From Patescibacteria group bacterium (GTDB taxonomy: Bacteria; Patescibacteriota; Patescibacteriia; Patescibacteriales; UBA12465), in assembly GCA_034002925.1 (NCBI GenBank), contig JAVEZP010000005.1:1-62785 (forward strand): a DNA stretch of 62,785 nt, read 5' to 3'. Shown in pieces: positions 28,756 through 38,014 of the stretch. The translations under genes were made by a program, and so were the position numbers. Below the pieces are notes generated by a model. It saw only the letters and a list, made by a program, of their open reading frames with translations, was not told the origin of the DNA and made no database searches. Position 1 is the first letter of the stretch; each line of letters starts with the position of its first letter.

Positions 28756-29451
28756 TTAACTTTTTAAGTCTTTTTTAGCATCAATGATGGCTGATTGAAT
28801 TACTTCCATCAATAGCTTAACTGTTTTAGTGGCATCATCGTTAGCAGGAATAGGATAATTTACTTCTTCTGGATTAACATTAGTATCACACACTCCAATC
28901 ACTGGAATATTTTTTTTATGAGCTTCTGCTACTGCTGTAGCTTCTTCTTTAATATCCCAAACAAAGAGAGCGTCAGGCATTTTTACCAAAGAAGTTAAAC
29001 CGCCCACTCTTTCGTGTAAACGTTTAATTTCGCGATCAAAATCTAAACGTTCTTTCTTGGTATATTTACTTAATTTACCAGTTTCACGTTTTTCAACTAA
29101 TTCCTGATATTTCTTAACCGATTTTTTAACAACACTAAAATTAGTTAAATAGCCGCCTAACCATTTGCCCACAATGTATGGTTGCCCAGTCATTTCAGCC
29201 ATTTTTTTCATTGGTTCTCTTACTTGACTTTTAGTGCCAACAAATAACACGTGCTTCCCTTCTTTAATTAAAGAAGACATAAACTCTAAAGCTTGGCCGA
29301 GCATTTCTCGACTCTTTTCTAAATCAATTACATAAATACCATTCTTAGCGGTAAAAATGTAAGGTTTCATTTTTGGATGCCAACGATGAGTGCGATGACC
29401 AAAGTGCATACCGGCTTTTAACATCTCTTCTAAACTTGGTAGTTTAAACAT
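28756..29451 (-). CDS. rpsB: 30S ribosomal protein S2
   Basis: AGMHFGH, WLGG.LTN, DTN, PANDD. Confidence 0.98.
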   Translation of the reverse strand: MFKLPSLEEMLKAGMHFGHRTHRWHPKMKPYIFTAKNGIYVIDLEKSREMLGQALEFMSSLIKEGKHVLFVGTKSQVREPMKKMAEMTGQPYIVGKWLGGYLTNFSVVKKSVKKYQELVEKRETGKLSKYTKKERLDFDREIKRLHERVGGLTSLVKMPDALFVWDIKEEATAVAEAHKKNIPVIGVCDTNVNPEEVNYPIPANDDATKTVKLLMEVIQSAIIDAKKDLKS

Positions 29452-29464
29452 AAATTTTCTTTGT

Positions 29465-29546
29465 CCCTCAATAAAATGAGGCTTCCGCCCATATAATTTA
29501 TATCTTTTGTTTCGATATAAACCAAGAAAAATTAAATAGACGTGAC
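29465..29546 (-). promoter_or_regulatory. rpsB (S2) autoregulatory leader
   Basis: CAC-GTCTA...TGGGC-GGAAG outer stem, TTTATATC/GATATAAA inner stem, CCTCA/TGAGG hairpin. Confidence 0.6.
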
Positions 29547-29629
29547 AGATTAATTATAAAAATTATTAAATATTAAACAAAAAAAGACTAATTTCTTAGT
29601 ATTTTAACTAAGTTCTTAATCTATCTTAT

Positions 29630-29658
29630 ATAATAAAGGAAAGGCTAAAAAGTGTCAA
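29630..29658 (-). promoter_or_regulatory. sigma70 promoter of rpsB-tsf
   Basis: TTGACA-17 nt-TATTAT on the minus strand. Confidence 0.75.
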
Positions 29659-29695
29659 GCCTATTTTAGAGTGATATTTGCTAATAAAAGATAAA

Positions 29696-31174
29696 TTATT
29701 GCTGATAAAAAGCTTTATAACCACTGTTAAAATCGGCTACCGCTTGATTATAATCTAAGACCATTGCTTGATACAAATTTAGCTCTGCTTGATAATCAGC
29801 CACCAAATCATTATAAAGCGGCACCATTTGATTATAAGCACTAATATTACCCCCTTCTTTTAAATTTTGTAACTCAACTTGTTTGGCTAATAATTGATTA
29901 TATTGTAAATCAATAGCTGCGGATTTAAGGTCTAAATTAGATTGTAAATTATCAAGATTTTCTTTTTTGTTTTTAAGGCTAAGCACTTCTCTTTTTACTG
30001 CCGCTACTCCTTGAAAAATACGTCCTTTAGTAGCTTGCTTTATCTCCATTCTACCTAAGGATAAAATAGAAAATAAATTATCAAAACTGGTATTATTTCC
30101 CTGAGCTTGACCATCTTTTAAGGCAGCAGGTACAACACCAATAGGAAAGTAGTTAGTAGTTTCCACATAACAATAACCAGAATTATTTAAAGAATCTAAT
30201 AATGGACAAGCAATACCAACTGCCGAATGATTACTATCTGGAAAATCTAAAATAGCCGCTCCATAACCCAATTCTCGCAACCACAAAACTGCTAAAAAAG
30301 TGGTGTCAGAGCAAATACCTCGTTGTAAATATAAAGTTTCAAAAGGATAATTAGCCTGAGTGCTTGTTTTTGCAGCTTTAATGTGATCATACTCTAAATA
30401 TTGCACAAAAGATAAGACAAAAGCCGCTCGCTCATCTGGACTTAAACCCAAGTCATTAGCCTGCTGTTTTAAGCGCTCAAGTAATGCTAAAGTTTGCTGA
30501 TCCTCTTGTTTAGTTTGTAAAAATAAAGAATAGAAAGCATCTCTAATATCTTCCGGTTCTTGTCCTAAATAATAACTATATGTTTTAGGTGTCCCTTGAT
30601 AAATCTGATAAAGCTCAGGATTTAAAGCAAAATCTAAACTATAATCTTGATTACGATATCGCCAACGATATGTTTTATTAGTATTAACCTGCGTATCAGG
30701 AATGTCATTTTCACTTTTAACATTTATATTGGCAACAATTTGTTCTAAATCATCATTTTTAATGCCTAGACCAAAACGACGCATCACTTCAAAAGCATCA
30801 CTCGGTCGTCCTAAATAATACAAACGACTGTCACTAGGATTAACGTAATAAGCTTCTCCTTGAGCTCTAACACGTAAAAGAATTCTACCTTTTAATCTTT
30901 CTGCCCCCTCTTTTTGAAAACGCTCATAATCTAATTCACTCACCCCTAAACCTAAAGAACGCATCAGCTCAAAAGCATCACTCGGTCGTCCTAGATAATA
31001 TCTTTTTAAATCAAGTGGATTAATATACCAAGCCTCACCTACAGATTCTACTTGAAGTAAAATTTTTCCCGATAAACGCTGAGCTAAATCAGCCGCATAA
31101 CTAGGTTGACCAAAACTTAACAAAACAAAGATAATAAAAAAATATGAAAAATAGATTTTTAATTTCATATTCAT
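29696..31174 (-). CDS. secreted protein: two ~60-aa repeats, transglutaminase-like domain, coiled coil
   Basis: Repeats G.ILL.V...GEA.Y.NP....YYLGRPSDAF..MR..GLG; GICSD, NHSAVG, YVETT. Confidence 0.75.
   Translation of the reverse strand: MNMKLKIYFSYFFIIFVLLSFGQPSYAADLAQRLSGKILLQVESVGEAWYINPLDLKRYYLGRPSDAFELMRSLGLGVSELDYERFQKEGAERLKGRILLRVRAQGEAYYVNPSDSRLYYLGRPSDAFEVMRRFGLGIKNDDLEQIVANINVKSENDIPDTQVNTNKTYRWRYRNQDYSLDFALNPELYQIYQGTPKTYSYYLGQEPEDIRDAFYSLFLQTKQEDQQTLALLERLKQQANDLGLSPDERAAFVLSFVQYLEYDHIKAAKTSTQANYPFETLYLQRGICSDTTFLAVLWLRELGYGAAILDFPDSNHSAVGIACPLLDSLNNSGYCYVETTNYFPIGVVPAALKDGQAQGNNTSFDNLFSILSLGRMEIKQATKGRIFQGVAAVKREVLSLKNKKENLDNLQSNLDLKSAAIDLQYNQLLAKQVELQNLKEGGNISAYNQMVPLYNDLVADYQAELNLYQAMVLDYNQAVADFNSGYKAFYQQ
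30789..30993. repeat. 25-nt exact direct repeat, 180 nt apart, within the repeat domains
   Basis: TCAAAAGCATCACTCGGTCGTCCTA at 30789-30813 and 30969-30993. Confidence 0.85.
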
Positions 31175-31846
31175 TTAATCTGTTAAGGTTAAAAATAAAT
31201 CTTCTAAAGGAGTTTCCGGTAAATGATTAACATCATTAATATAAGCAACTTTTACATAAGCGTCTCTATCAATCACCAACTTACTGACTGAGGCCTGATA
31301 TATTTCTAAAGACAAAAATCCAATTACGTCAGCATTAATAATACTCGTCAGAACACTTTTAATAATATTGCCATGACAAACTAAAGCTATCTTCTTACCC
31401 TTATTTTGACGAAAAATATCAGTTAAAACACGACGCATTTCTGCTTGCGTGCGATTTAATTGCTTATCTAACTTATTGTAATCTTTTAAATGCTGTTTAC
31501 GCCGCTCTTCGGAGGTGCGAAAATATTTAACTCGACGCCAATCTTTCCAATCAATTTCATTTAATCTCTCATCAACGATAATGGGTAATTTTTTAGCTAA
31601 AGCCACCGCCGTTTCTTGCGCACGAGCTAATTTGCTCGTATAAACAACATCCAGCTCTGTTTTTCGAAAATGCTTAGAGATGGTCTTGGCTTGCTTTTTA
31701 CCGATAGCTGATAATGGCATTAAAGCGTCCCCTAATTTCTTTTGTAAACGATAATTAGGGTGAGCGTGTCTAATTAAATATACTTCAGTGTAAGGTTCGC
31801 GTGTCTTAGGTTGAAGTTTGGAATAAGGATTTTTATTCATAAACAA
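31175..31846 (-). CDS. histidine phosphatase family protein
   Basis: YLIRHA, S.L.RA.ETA, LNE, VCHG. Confidence 0.85.
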   Translation of the reverse strand: MFMNKNPYSKLQPKTREPYTEVYLIRHAHPNYRLQKKLGDALMPLSAIGKKQAKTISKHFRKTELDVVYTSKLARAQETAVALAKKLPIIVDERLNEIDWKDWRRVKYFRTSEERRKQHLKDYNKLDKQLNRTQAEMRRVLTDIFRQNKGKKIALVCHGNIIKSVLTSIINADVIGFLSLEIYQASVSKLVIDRDAYVKVAYINDVNHLPETPLEDLFLTLTD

Positions 31847-31849
31847 AAA

Positions 31850-32446
31850 TTATAAACCAGCTTGTTTAGCGGCAAAATTCCAATTAAATAAATTTTTGAA
31901 TACAGCCTCTACAAAATCTAAACGTTTATTCTGATAATCTAAATAATATGAATGTTCCCAAACATCTAAAGCTAAAAGCGGCTTTGCTCCATCTAAGAAA
32001 GCGGGCCGCCCATTAGCTGTTTTTGTCACCATTAATTTATCATTTTTTAACACTAACCACACCCAGCCACTACCAAATTGAGCCGCTGCTTCTTCTTTAA
32101 AACGAGCTAATAAATTATCAACTGACTCAAAATCTCTTTCAATCATGATTTTTAAAGCGCTTGGCATTTCTTTTTTAGACGCTACCGGAGACAGGCTAAG
32201 CCAGAAAATTTCGTGATTATAGTGTTGACCGGCATTATTAAAAATAGCCGTCTTCTCAGGCTGATTATTAATCTTTAATAATAATTCTTCTAAAGACATA
32301 GTCTCCATGTCAGTGCCAAGTACTAATTTATTAAGATTATCAACATAAGCTTGGTGATGCTTACTGTAATGCAGTTCCATGGTTTGAGCAGAAATATATG
32401 GAGCTAAATCTTGATAATTATAAGGTAAGGGGCTAATTTTAAACAT
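31850..32446 (-). CDS. sod: Fe/Mn superoxide dismutase
   Basis: HYSKHHQAY, NHEIFW, FGSGW.W, DVWEHSYY. Confidence 0.96.
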   Translation of the reverse strand: MFKISPLPYNYQDLAPYISAQTMELHYSKHHQAYVDNLNKLVLGTDMETMSLEELLLKINNQPEKTAIFNNAGQHYNHEIFWLSLSPVASKKEMPSALKIMIERDFESVDNLLARFKEEAAAQFGSGWVWLVLKNDKLMVTKTANGRPAFLDGAKPLLALDVWEHSYYLDYQNKRLDFVEAVFKNLFNWNFAAKQAGL

Positions 32447-32465
32447 ATGTTTTAAGTAAATTAAT

Positions 32466-32517
32466 TATAATATATAAACCTAAATGATATTTTATCACTT
32501 CAGGTTTATATATTATA
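32466..32517. repeat. long inverted repeat in the divergent sod promoter region
   Basis: 16-bp perfect arms TATAATATATAAACCT/AGGTTTATATATTATA enclosing TGATA-TTT-TATCA. Confidence 0.75.
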
Positions 32518-32626
32518 TCAAAAAAAACCTTAATTACATAATTTAAAAAAAGCTATTATTTGACATAATAACAAATATATGACAATATACTCGATAATAG
32601 CACTTTCACAACAAACTTTTAAGACC

Positions 32627-33529
32627 ATGAAAAAAATCATGATTTTTAATCCAAAAAATTATTCAGGACTGCTGTTAGCAGCTGCTGCCTTAAAAGCTGA
32701 CTATCAACTAATTTCATCTTTTAAGCCTTCATTGTTTTTAGAGAACAATCCTGTTGAGATTGTTTTACTTAATATTCATCCAAAAAATATTACTAACTCT
32801 AATGAATGTCACCCCGATTTGTCTCATTATTTGCATACTAATATAAAAGCTATTAAAGCTTTTATTTTTAGCCCTTTAATCGAAAAAGATGTAATGAACT
32901 TAAAAATTGATAATATTATTTATTTTCATTACTTAATTAGTCAAAAAATAGGGTTAACTGACGAAGATTTATATAACTGGGAATTTAGTCAGAATTCTTT
33001 GGCTCGTTATTATGCTCGCGCCTTACATGCCGCTAGAGTAAAAAGTAGAGACGCAAACTTGGATGAGTATGAATCTCTATGGATAGAAATTCTAAATGAT
33101 TTAGATGAGCGCTTTCACGGAAAAAAAGTTTCTCATAATTATCTCATTGAAAGCTATGTTCATCATTACGAAAGAGTAAAAGAAATAACCAAGCAAGCTT
33201 TTAAAAAAATCAAGCTGGACGAAACTATTAAATTTCCTTATCGTCATGTTGCTTTTGCTTATCTTGATAATATTTCTCAATATCTAGATTTAGCTCAGCT
33301 GAGAAAGCTCTGTCTTGAAACCTATCCCTATCTCTGCATTATTCAATACAGAGAAAATGATCAAGAATTAACTTGGTTCTTATCTAACAAAAAACTACAA
33401 GTATCTCAATTTTTTGAATTACCAAAAAGCAATCACGATTATGAGGCGTTAATTAATTTTCCTCATAATAAGATGTTAGAGCATATCAAAAGAGTAATTA
33501 TTGAGATTACCACTCTCCAACCGTCATAA
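32627..33529 (+). CDS. hypothetical protein, possibly a degenerate DHH-like fold (start revised to MKKIMIF)
   Basis: Long ORF; a TTGACA lies just upstream of the track start at 32579, favouring the later ATG. Confidence 0.6.
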   Translation: MKKIMIFNPKNYSGLLLAAAALKADYQLISSFKPSLFLENNPVEIVLLNIHPKNITNSNECHPDLSHYLHTNIKAIKAFIFSPLIEKDVMNLKIDNIIYFHYLISQKIGLTDEDLYNWEFSQNSLARYYARALHAARVKSRDANLDEYESLWIEILNDLDERFHGKKVSHNYLIESYVHHYERVKEITKQAFKKIKLDETIKFPYRHVAFAYLDNISQYLDLAQLRKLCLETYPYLCIIQYRENDQELTWFLSNKKLQVSQFFELPKSNHDYEALINFPHNKMLEHIKRVIIEITTLQPS

Positions 33530-33544
33530 AAAGACGGTTTTTTT
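33519..33544 (+). terminator. terminator
   Basis: AACCGTC/GACGGTT followed by a T-run. Confidence 0.7.
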
Positions 33545-33545
33545 A

Positions 33546-34565
33546 TTAATTAATCTTATTTACTTTCTTAGCGGCTAATTGCCCACAAGCCGCGCCAATG
33601 CTTTGACCTGGGCTGAATCGAGTAGTAACAGCTACGCCTGATTGCTCAAGAATTTTTTTAAAACTTTCAATTCTTTGAGCTGAGGAAGGCTGAAAATTAC
33701 CAGTTGGATTATAAGGAATAAGATTTAATAAATATAATTTTTTATGCATTAATTGTGCTAAAACCTGAGCGTCATCATCTCCGTCATTAACATTTTTTAA
33801 CATAATATATTCAAACATCACACGACGACCAGTTTTTGCAATATAAAAATCTACCGCTTTAAATAAACTAAATAAAGAATATTTTTGCGCTATAGGCATT
33901 AATTGACTACGTAATGAATCTAAAGGCGCATGCAAAGAAATAGCTAAATTGATTTGTAATTTTTCAGAAGCTAATTTTTTAATACCTTCAACAATCCCTG
34001 CTGTAGAAACAGACATGCGTCTTGAGCCAATGTTATATTTTTCAGGATTATGAAAATTATAAACCGCCTTAATAAAATTATCATAATTTAAAAATGGTTC
34101 ACCCATGCCCATAAAAACTAAATTATCTATTTTTTCTCCTTTATTTTCAACTACTAAATGTCTAGCCCAAAATAAATATTGTTGCTCAATTTCTTCCGCG
34201 CTTAAATTGCGCTTAAACCCAGCCTTACCGGTAGCACAAAAGCTACAAGCTAAGGCGCAACCTGCTTGTGAAGACAAACAAAGAGTATGCCTGCCATCAC
34301 GATGACGAATTAAAACCGCCTCCACGCTAATGCCATCACTAAAAGTAATTAAAGCTTTTTCTGCTCTTTTGTCGTTTTTATCTTTCACAATCACTCCCTG
34401 AATATCCAAGGGACATTCTTTTATTAAACGTTCACGCAGAGATAAAGGCAAAACACTAATTTGTTGCCAATCACTAATATAATCTTGATACAAAGATTGA
34501 TAGACTTGTTTAAATCTAAATTTTGCTTCTCCTTGTAGTATTTGTGATAATTTTGATAAATCCAT
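33546..34565 (-). CDS. rlmN: 23S rRNA A2503 C2-methyltransferase (radical SAM)
   Basis: CLSSQAGC...CSFCATG, FMGMGEP, SLHAP, AACGQL. Confidence 0.96.
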   Translation of the reverse strand: MDLSKLSQILQGEAKFRFKQVYQSLYQDYISDWQQISVLPLSLRERLIKECPLDIQGVIVKDKNDKRAEKALITFSDGISVEAVLIRHRDGRHTLCLSSQAGCALACSFCATGKAGFKRNLSAEEIEQQYLFWARHLVVENKGEKIDNLVFMGMGEPFLNYDNFIKAVYNFHNPEKYNIGSRRMSVSTAGIVEGIKKLASEKLQINLAISLHAPLDSLRSQLMPIAQKYSLFSLFKAVDFYIAKTGRRVMFEYIMLKNVNDGDDDAQVLAQLMHKKLYLLNLIPYNPTGNFQPSSAQRIESFKKILEQSGVAVTTRFSPGQSIGAACGQLAAKKVNKIN

Positions 34566-34569
34566 AAAT

Positions 34570-35667
34570 TTAAGAAGCCTTAACTAAGTTGATTAAAACT
34601 ACTTCAGAACGAGTAGCTAAACGTAAAGGAGGTCCCCAAGTACCAGCTCCTACATTTACCAATAAATTAAAATCGCCTAAACGATAAAGTCCAGCCGCGA
34701 AACCACGATATAATAATTTAGCCACTAAATTAAAAGGAAACATTTGACCGCCATGAGTGTGACCTGATAATTGTAAATTAATTCCCAATTCTTTAATAAC
34801 TGAAACATCTTTAGGTTCATGATACATCAAAATACTAGCTTGTTTAGACTGATATTTCATTTCGTCTATAATCTTATGACGGACATCTAAACCGCCCTCA
34901 TAATAACAGCTTAAACCTAAAATTTGCAAATCATCAACGACCATTATTTCATCATCTAAGATAGTAATCCCGGAATCTGCCAATAATGACTTGACTCTCA
35001 TCCTTCCTAAGATGATGTCATGATTACCAAAAGAATAATATACTCCTTTTGGAGCAATAAGCTTTCTCTTATGAAACCAAGAAAAATCAGTATCCATGCC
35101 ATCAAAAAGATCGCCAGTGATTAAAATTGCTTCTGCTTGTAAAGCGTTAATCTTAGCAACTAAAGAATCAAAAAAACGTTGGCGCCAAATTGGTCCTAAA
35201 TGCACATCAGAAAGGTGTAAAATGTTTTTATTATGCCACGCTTCTGGTAGATTTTTAATTTTAACAGTTATCTTTTTAACTTTAATTGTTTGAGCCAACC
35301 AAGCTTCTGGCAATAATAATAACAATGGCAACAAGATAATATAAACAGTCTTTAATTTCGCGCTATTTATAAAATCAATCCCCAAAAAATTTAACAAGAA
35401 AAAAATGATTGCAAACAAGACTGTATTCAACATGAATCCTGCCCACAAAGCAATACTAAGATACAAAGAACGTGTCCAGATGTTATCACGCCAATGAATT
35501 AATAAAGGAGCAATAACTGTTAAAGCTAAAAACATCAATAAAACAGCGGCAGCAGCAATTTGCACATAAATATTATTGAGTGGTAAAAAGTGCATCCAAA
35601 TAAAAAACAACAAAAAGTGTGCCCCTAAATCCATAATAATATTAAGAGTGAAAAAAATATATTTCAT
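34570..35667 (-). CDS. membrane-bound metallophosphoesterase (YkuE-like)
   Basis: N-terminal TM helices; SDVH, TGD, GNHD, SGHTHGGQ. Confidence 0.9.
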   Translation of the reverse strand: MKYIFFTLNIIMDLGAHFLLFFIWMHFLPLNNIYVQIAAAAVLLMFLALTVIAPLLIHWRDNIWTRSLYLSIALWAGFMLNTVLFAIIFFLLNFLGIDFINSAKLKTVYIILLPLLLLLPEAWLAQTIKVKKITVKIKNLPEAWHNKNILHLSDVHLGPIWRQRFFDSLVAKINALQAEAILITGDLFDGMDTDFSWFHKRKLIAPKGVYYSFGNHDIILGRMRVKSLLADSGITILDDEIMVVDDLQILGLSCYYEGGLDVRHKIIDEMKYQSKQASILMYHEPKDVSVIKELGINLQLSGHTHGGQMFPFNLVAKLLYRGFAAGLYRLGDFNLLVNVGAGTWGPPLRLATRSEVVLINLVKAS

Positions 35668-35675
35668 AAATAATT

Positions 35676-36959
35676 TTAAGCTTGAAAAGGAAATTTAGCA
35701 TACTCTGCCCTATCCCCCAACTCTTGAGCAATCTCTAACAGACGATTATATTTCGCTGTTCTTTCTCCACGACCAGGTGCTCCAGTTTTAATTTGCCCAC
35801 TACCCATAGCCACTGCTAAATCAGCAATAAAAGCATCATCAGTCTCACCACTTCTATGGGATATAATAGTGGTAAAATTATTAGCTTTCGCTAAATTGAT
35901 TGCCTTAATAGTTTCAGTTAAAGTACCGATTTGATTTAATTTAATTAAAATAGAATTGCTACTTTTTTCTTTAATCCCCCGTTGTAAACGATCAACATTA
36001 GTGACATACAAATCATCGCCGACAACTTGAGTATTAGGCATTTTGGCTGTAAATGCTTTAAAACCAGTCCAATCATCTTCAGCCAAAGGATCTTCAAAAG
36101 ATAAAATAGGATAATTCAAACTTAAAGAATGATAAAAATCAATCATCGCCTCAGTAGATAATAATTTTTCTTCTTTGTGCAAATTATATTGATTATCTTG
36201 ATAAAATTCAGTGGCAGCGGCATCAATAGCTAATACAAAATCTTTAGCTAAAATATAATTTGCTTTTTCAATGGCAGTGCGCAGAAATTGAAAAGGCTCT
36301 TCATTATTCTTAAAATTAGGAGCAAAGCCACCCTCATCACCAACACTAATAGCTAAAGAATTATCCTTTAAAATTTGCTTTAAACTATGATAGACCTCAA
36401 CGCCCATTCTAATAGCTTCCGTAAAATTAGAAGCTCCAACAGGTAAAATCATATATTCTTGAATATCAGTCGCCCAGTTAGCGTGCTTGCCGCCGTTTAA
36501 TAAATTCATCATTGGCACTGGTAGAATATATTTTTCTTTAAATTCTGGGTTAAATTGACTGAGGTATTGATATAGAGGTATTTGCTTAGCATTAGCAGCT
36601 GCTCGGGTACAAGCCATAGAAACAGCTAAAATCGCATTAGCGCCTAAATTTTCTTTATTAGTTGTCGCATCTAAATCAATCATTATCTGATCTATTACCT
36701 CTTGCTGAGTGACATCTTGAGCAATTAAGGCTGGGGCAATTTTCTCTTCTATGTTAGCAATAGCTTTTAATACGCCCTGACCGTGATAACGAGACATATC
36801 CCCATCTCTTAACTCAACTGCTTCATAAGCACCCGTCGAAGCTCCTGACGGCACAGCTGCTTGACCTGTAATACCATTGTCTAATATTACAGTTGCGGAG
36901 ACAGTGGGGTTTCCGCGAGAATCTAAAATTTCTAAAGCTTTAATTGCTTTTATCTTCAT
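35676..36959 (-). CDS. eno: enolase
   Basis: DSRGNPT, PSGASTG, GDEGGFAP, SHRSGET. Confidence 0.98.
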   Translation of the reverse strand: MKIKAIKALEILDSRGNPTVSATVILDNGITGQAAVPSGASTGAYEAVELRDGDMSRYHGQGVLKAIANIEEKIAPALIAQDVTQQEVIDQIMIDLDATTNKENLGANAILAVSMACTRAAANAKQIPLYQYLSQFNPEFKEKYILPVPMMNLLNGGKHANWATDIQEYMILPVGASNFTEAIRMGVEVYHSLKQILKDNSLAISVGDEGGFAPNFKNNEEPFQFLRTAIEKANYILAKDFVLAIDAAATEFYQDNQYNLHKEEKLLSTEAMIDFYHSLSLNYPILSFEDPLAEDDWTGFKAFTAKMPNTQVVGDDLYVTNVDRLQRGIKEKSSNSILIKLNQIGTLTETIKAINLAKANNFTTIISHRSGETDDAFIADLAVAMGSGQIKTGAPGRGERTAKYNRLLEIAQELGDRAEYAKFPFQA

Positions 36960-36972
36960 ATATTTAAATTAA

Positions 36973-38004
36973 TTAATGAATGAGATTACTTTTATACATA
37001 CTAAATTCTGTCCTTTCAATTACTTTGCGCAACATTTTAACAGCTGCTAGGGGATATTCACCAACCGTTGTTTCATCAGATAACATAATCATATCAGCGC
37101 CATCATAAACAGCGTTGGCAATATCAGATACCTCTGCTCTAGTGGGATGTGGATTCTTAATCATAGAGGTCATCACTTGAGTGGCAATAATAACCGGACG
37201 ATTATGCCAATGAGCATGACGAACTAAATTTTTTTGAATAATTGGTAATTCTTCTATCGGTGTTTCTATGCCCAAATCTCCTCGCGCTATCATAATCATA
37301 TCAGAACTAGCAATAATTTTATCAATATTTTTTAAAGCCACTCCTCGTTCAATCTTAGAAATTATTTTGACTTTATTATTCTTACCTAAAAGACGACGCA
37401 GACGCTTAACATCATCAGCTGATTGTACAAAGGATAAAGCAATATAATCCATACCAGTCTTTAAACCAAATTTAACATCTTTTATATCCTTAGCTGTCAT
37501 GCCGCCTTTTTTGATAATTGTATCAGGCACATTAATACTTTTACGAGAATTTAAAATACCACCATTTAATACTTCCGCTTTAATCACCTTTTTATTAACT
37601 GATAAAACTTTTAATTCAATCGCGCCATTACATAAAAATAACATCGCACCTTTTTTCATGTGTTTGTATAAGTCTGGGCTATCAATCGGAATGTAATCAC
37701 CTGGCTGACGATAGGCCTGACGACTATAGATAAATTCATATATTTCAGCTTCATGCATCAAAATCCCATCTTTAGGCATTTCCCCCACTCTAATTCTGGG
37801 CCCTTGCAAGTCAAGCATTATTTTAACCTCCTTATTATGCTTGGCATTATATTTATCTACAATCTTTTTAATCTGACGATATTGTTTATAATTAGCATGA
37901 GAAAAATTAACACGCACCACGCCAACACCAGCTTCAAGTAGAGTTGTTAATTCTTTTTCAGAATCACTTTTAGGACCAATAGTGGCAACAATTTTTGTTA
38001 ACAT
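36973..38004 (-). CDS. pyk: pyruvate kinase lacking the C-terminal domain
   Basis: TKIVATIGP, NFSH, DLQGP, KIE, ARGDLG, PTRAE, MLS.ET; only 343 aa. Confidence 0.93.
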   Translation of the reverse strand: MLTKIVATIGPKSDSEKELTTLLEAGVGVVRVNFSHANYKQYRQIKKIVDKYNAKHNKEVKIMLDLQGPRIRVGEMPKDGILMHEAEIYEFIYSRQAYRQPGDYIPIDSPDLYKHMKKGAMLFLCNGAIELKVLSVNKKVIKAEVLNGGILNSRKSINVPDTIIKKGGMTAKDIKDVKFGLKTGMDYIALSFVQSADDVKRLRRLLGKNNKVKIISKIERGVALKNIDKIIASSDMIMIARGDLGIETPIEELPIIQKNLVRHAHWHNRPVIIATQVMTSMIKNPHPTRAEVSDIANAVYDGADMIMLSDETTVGEYPLAAVKMLRKVIERTEFSMYKSNLIH

Positions 38005-38014
38005 AATTTTATTA

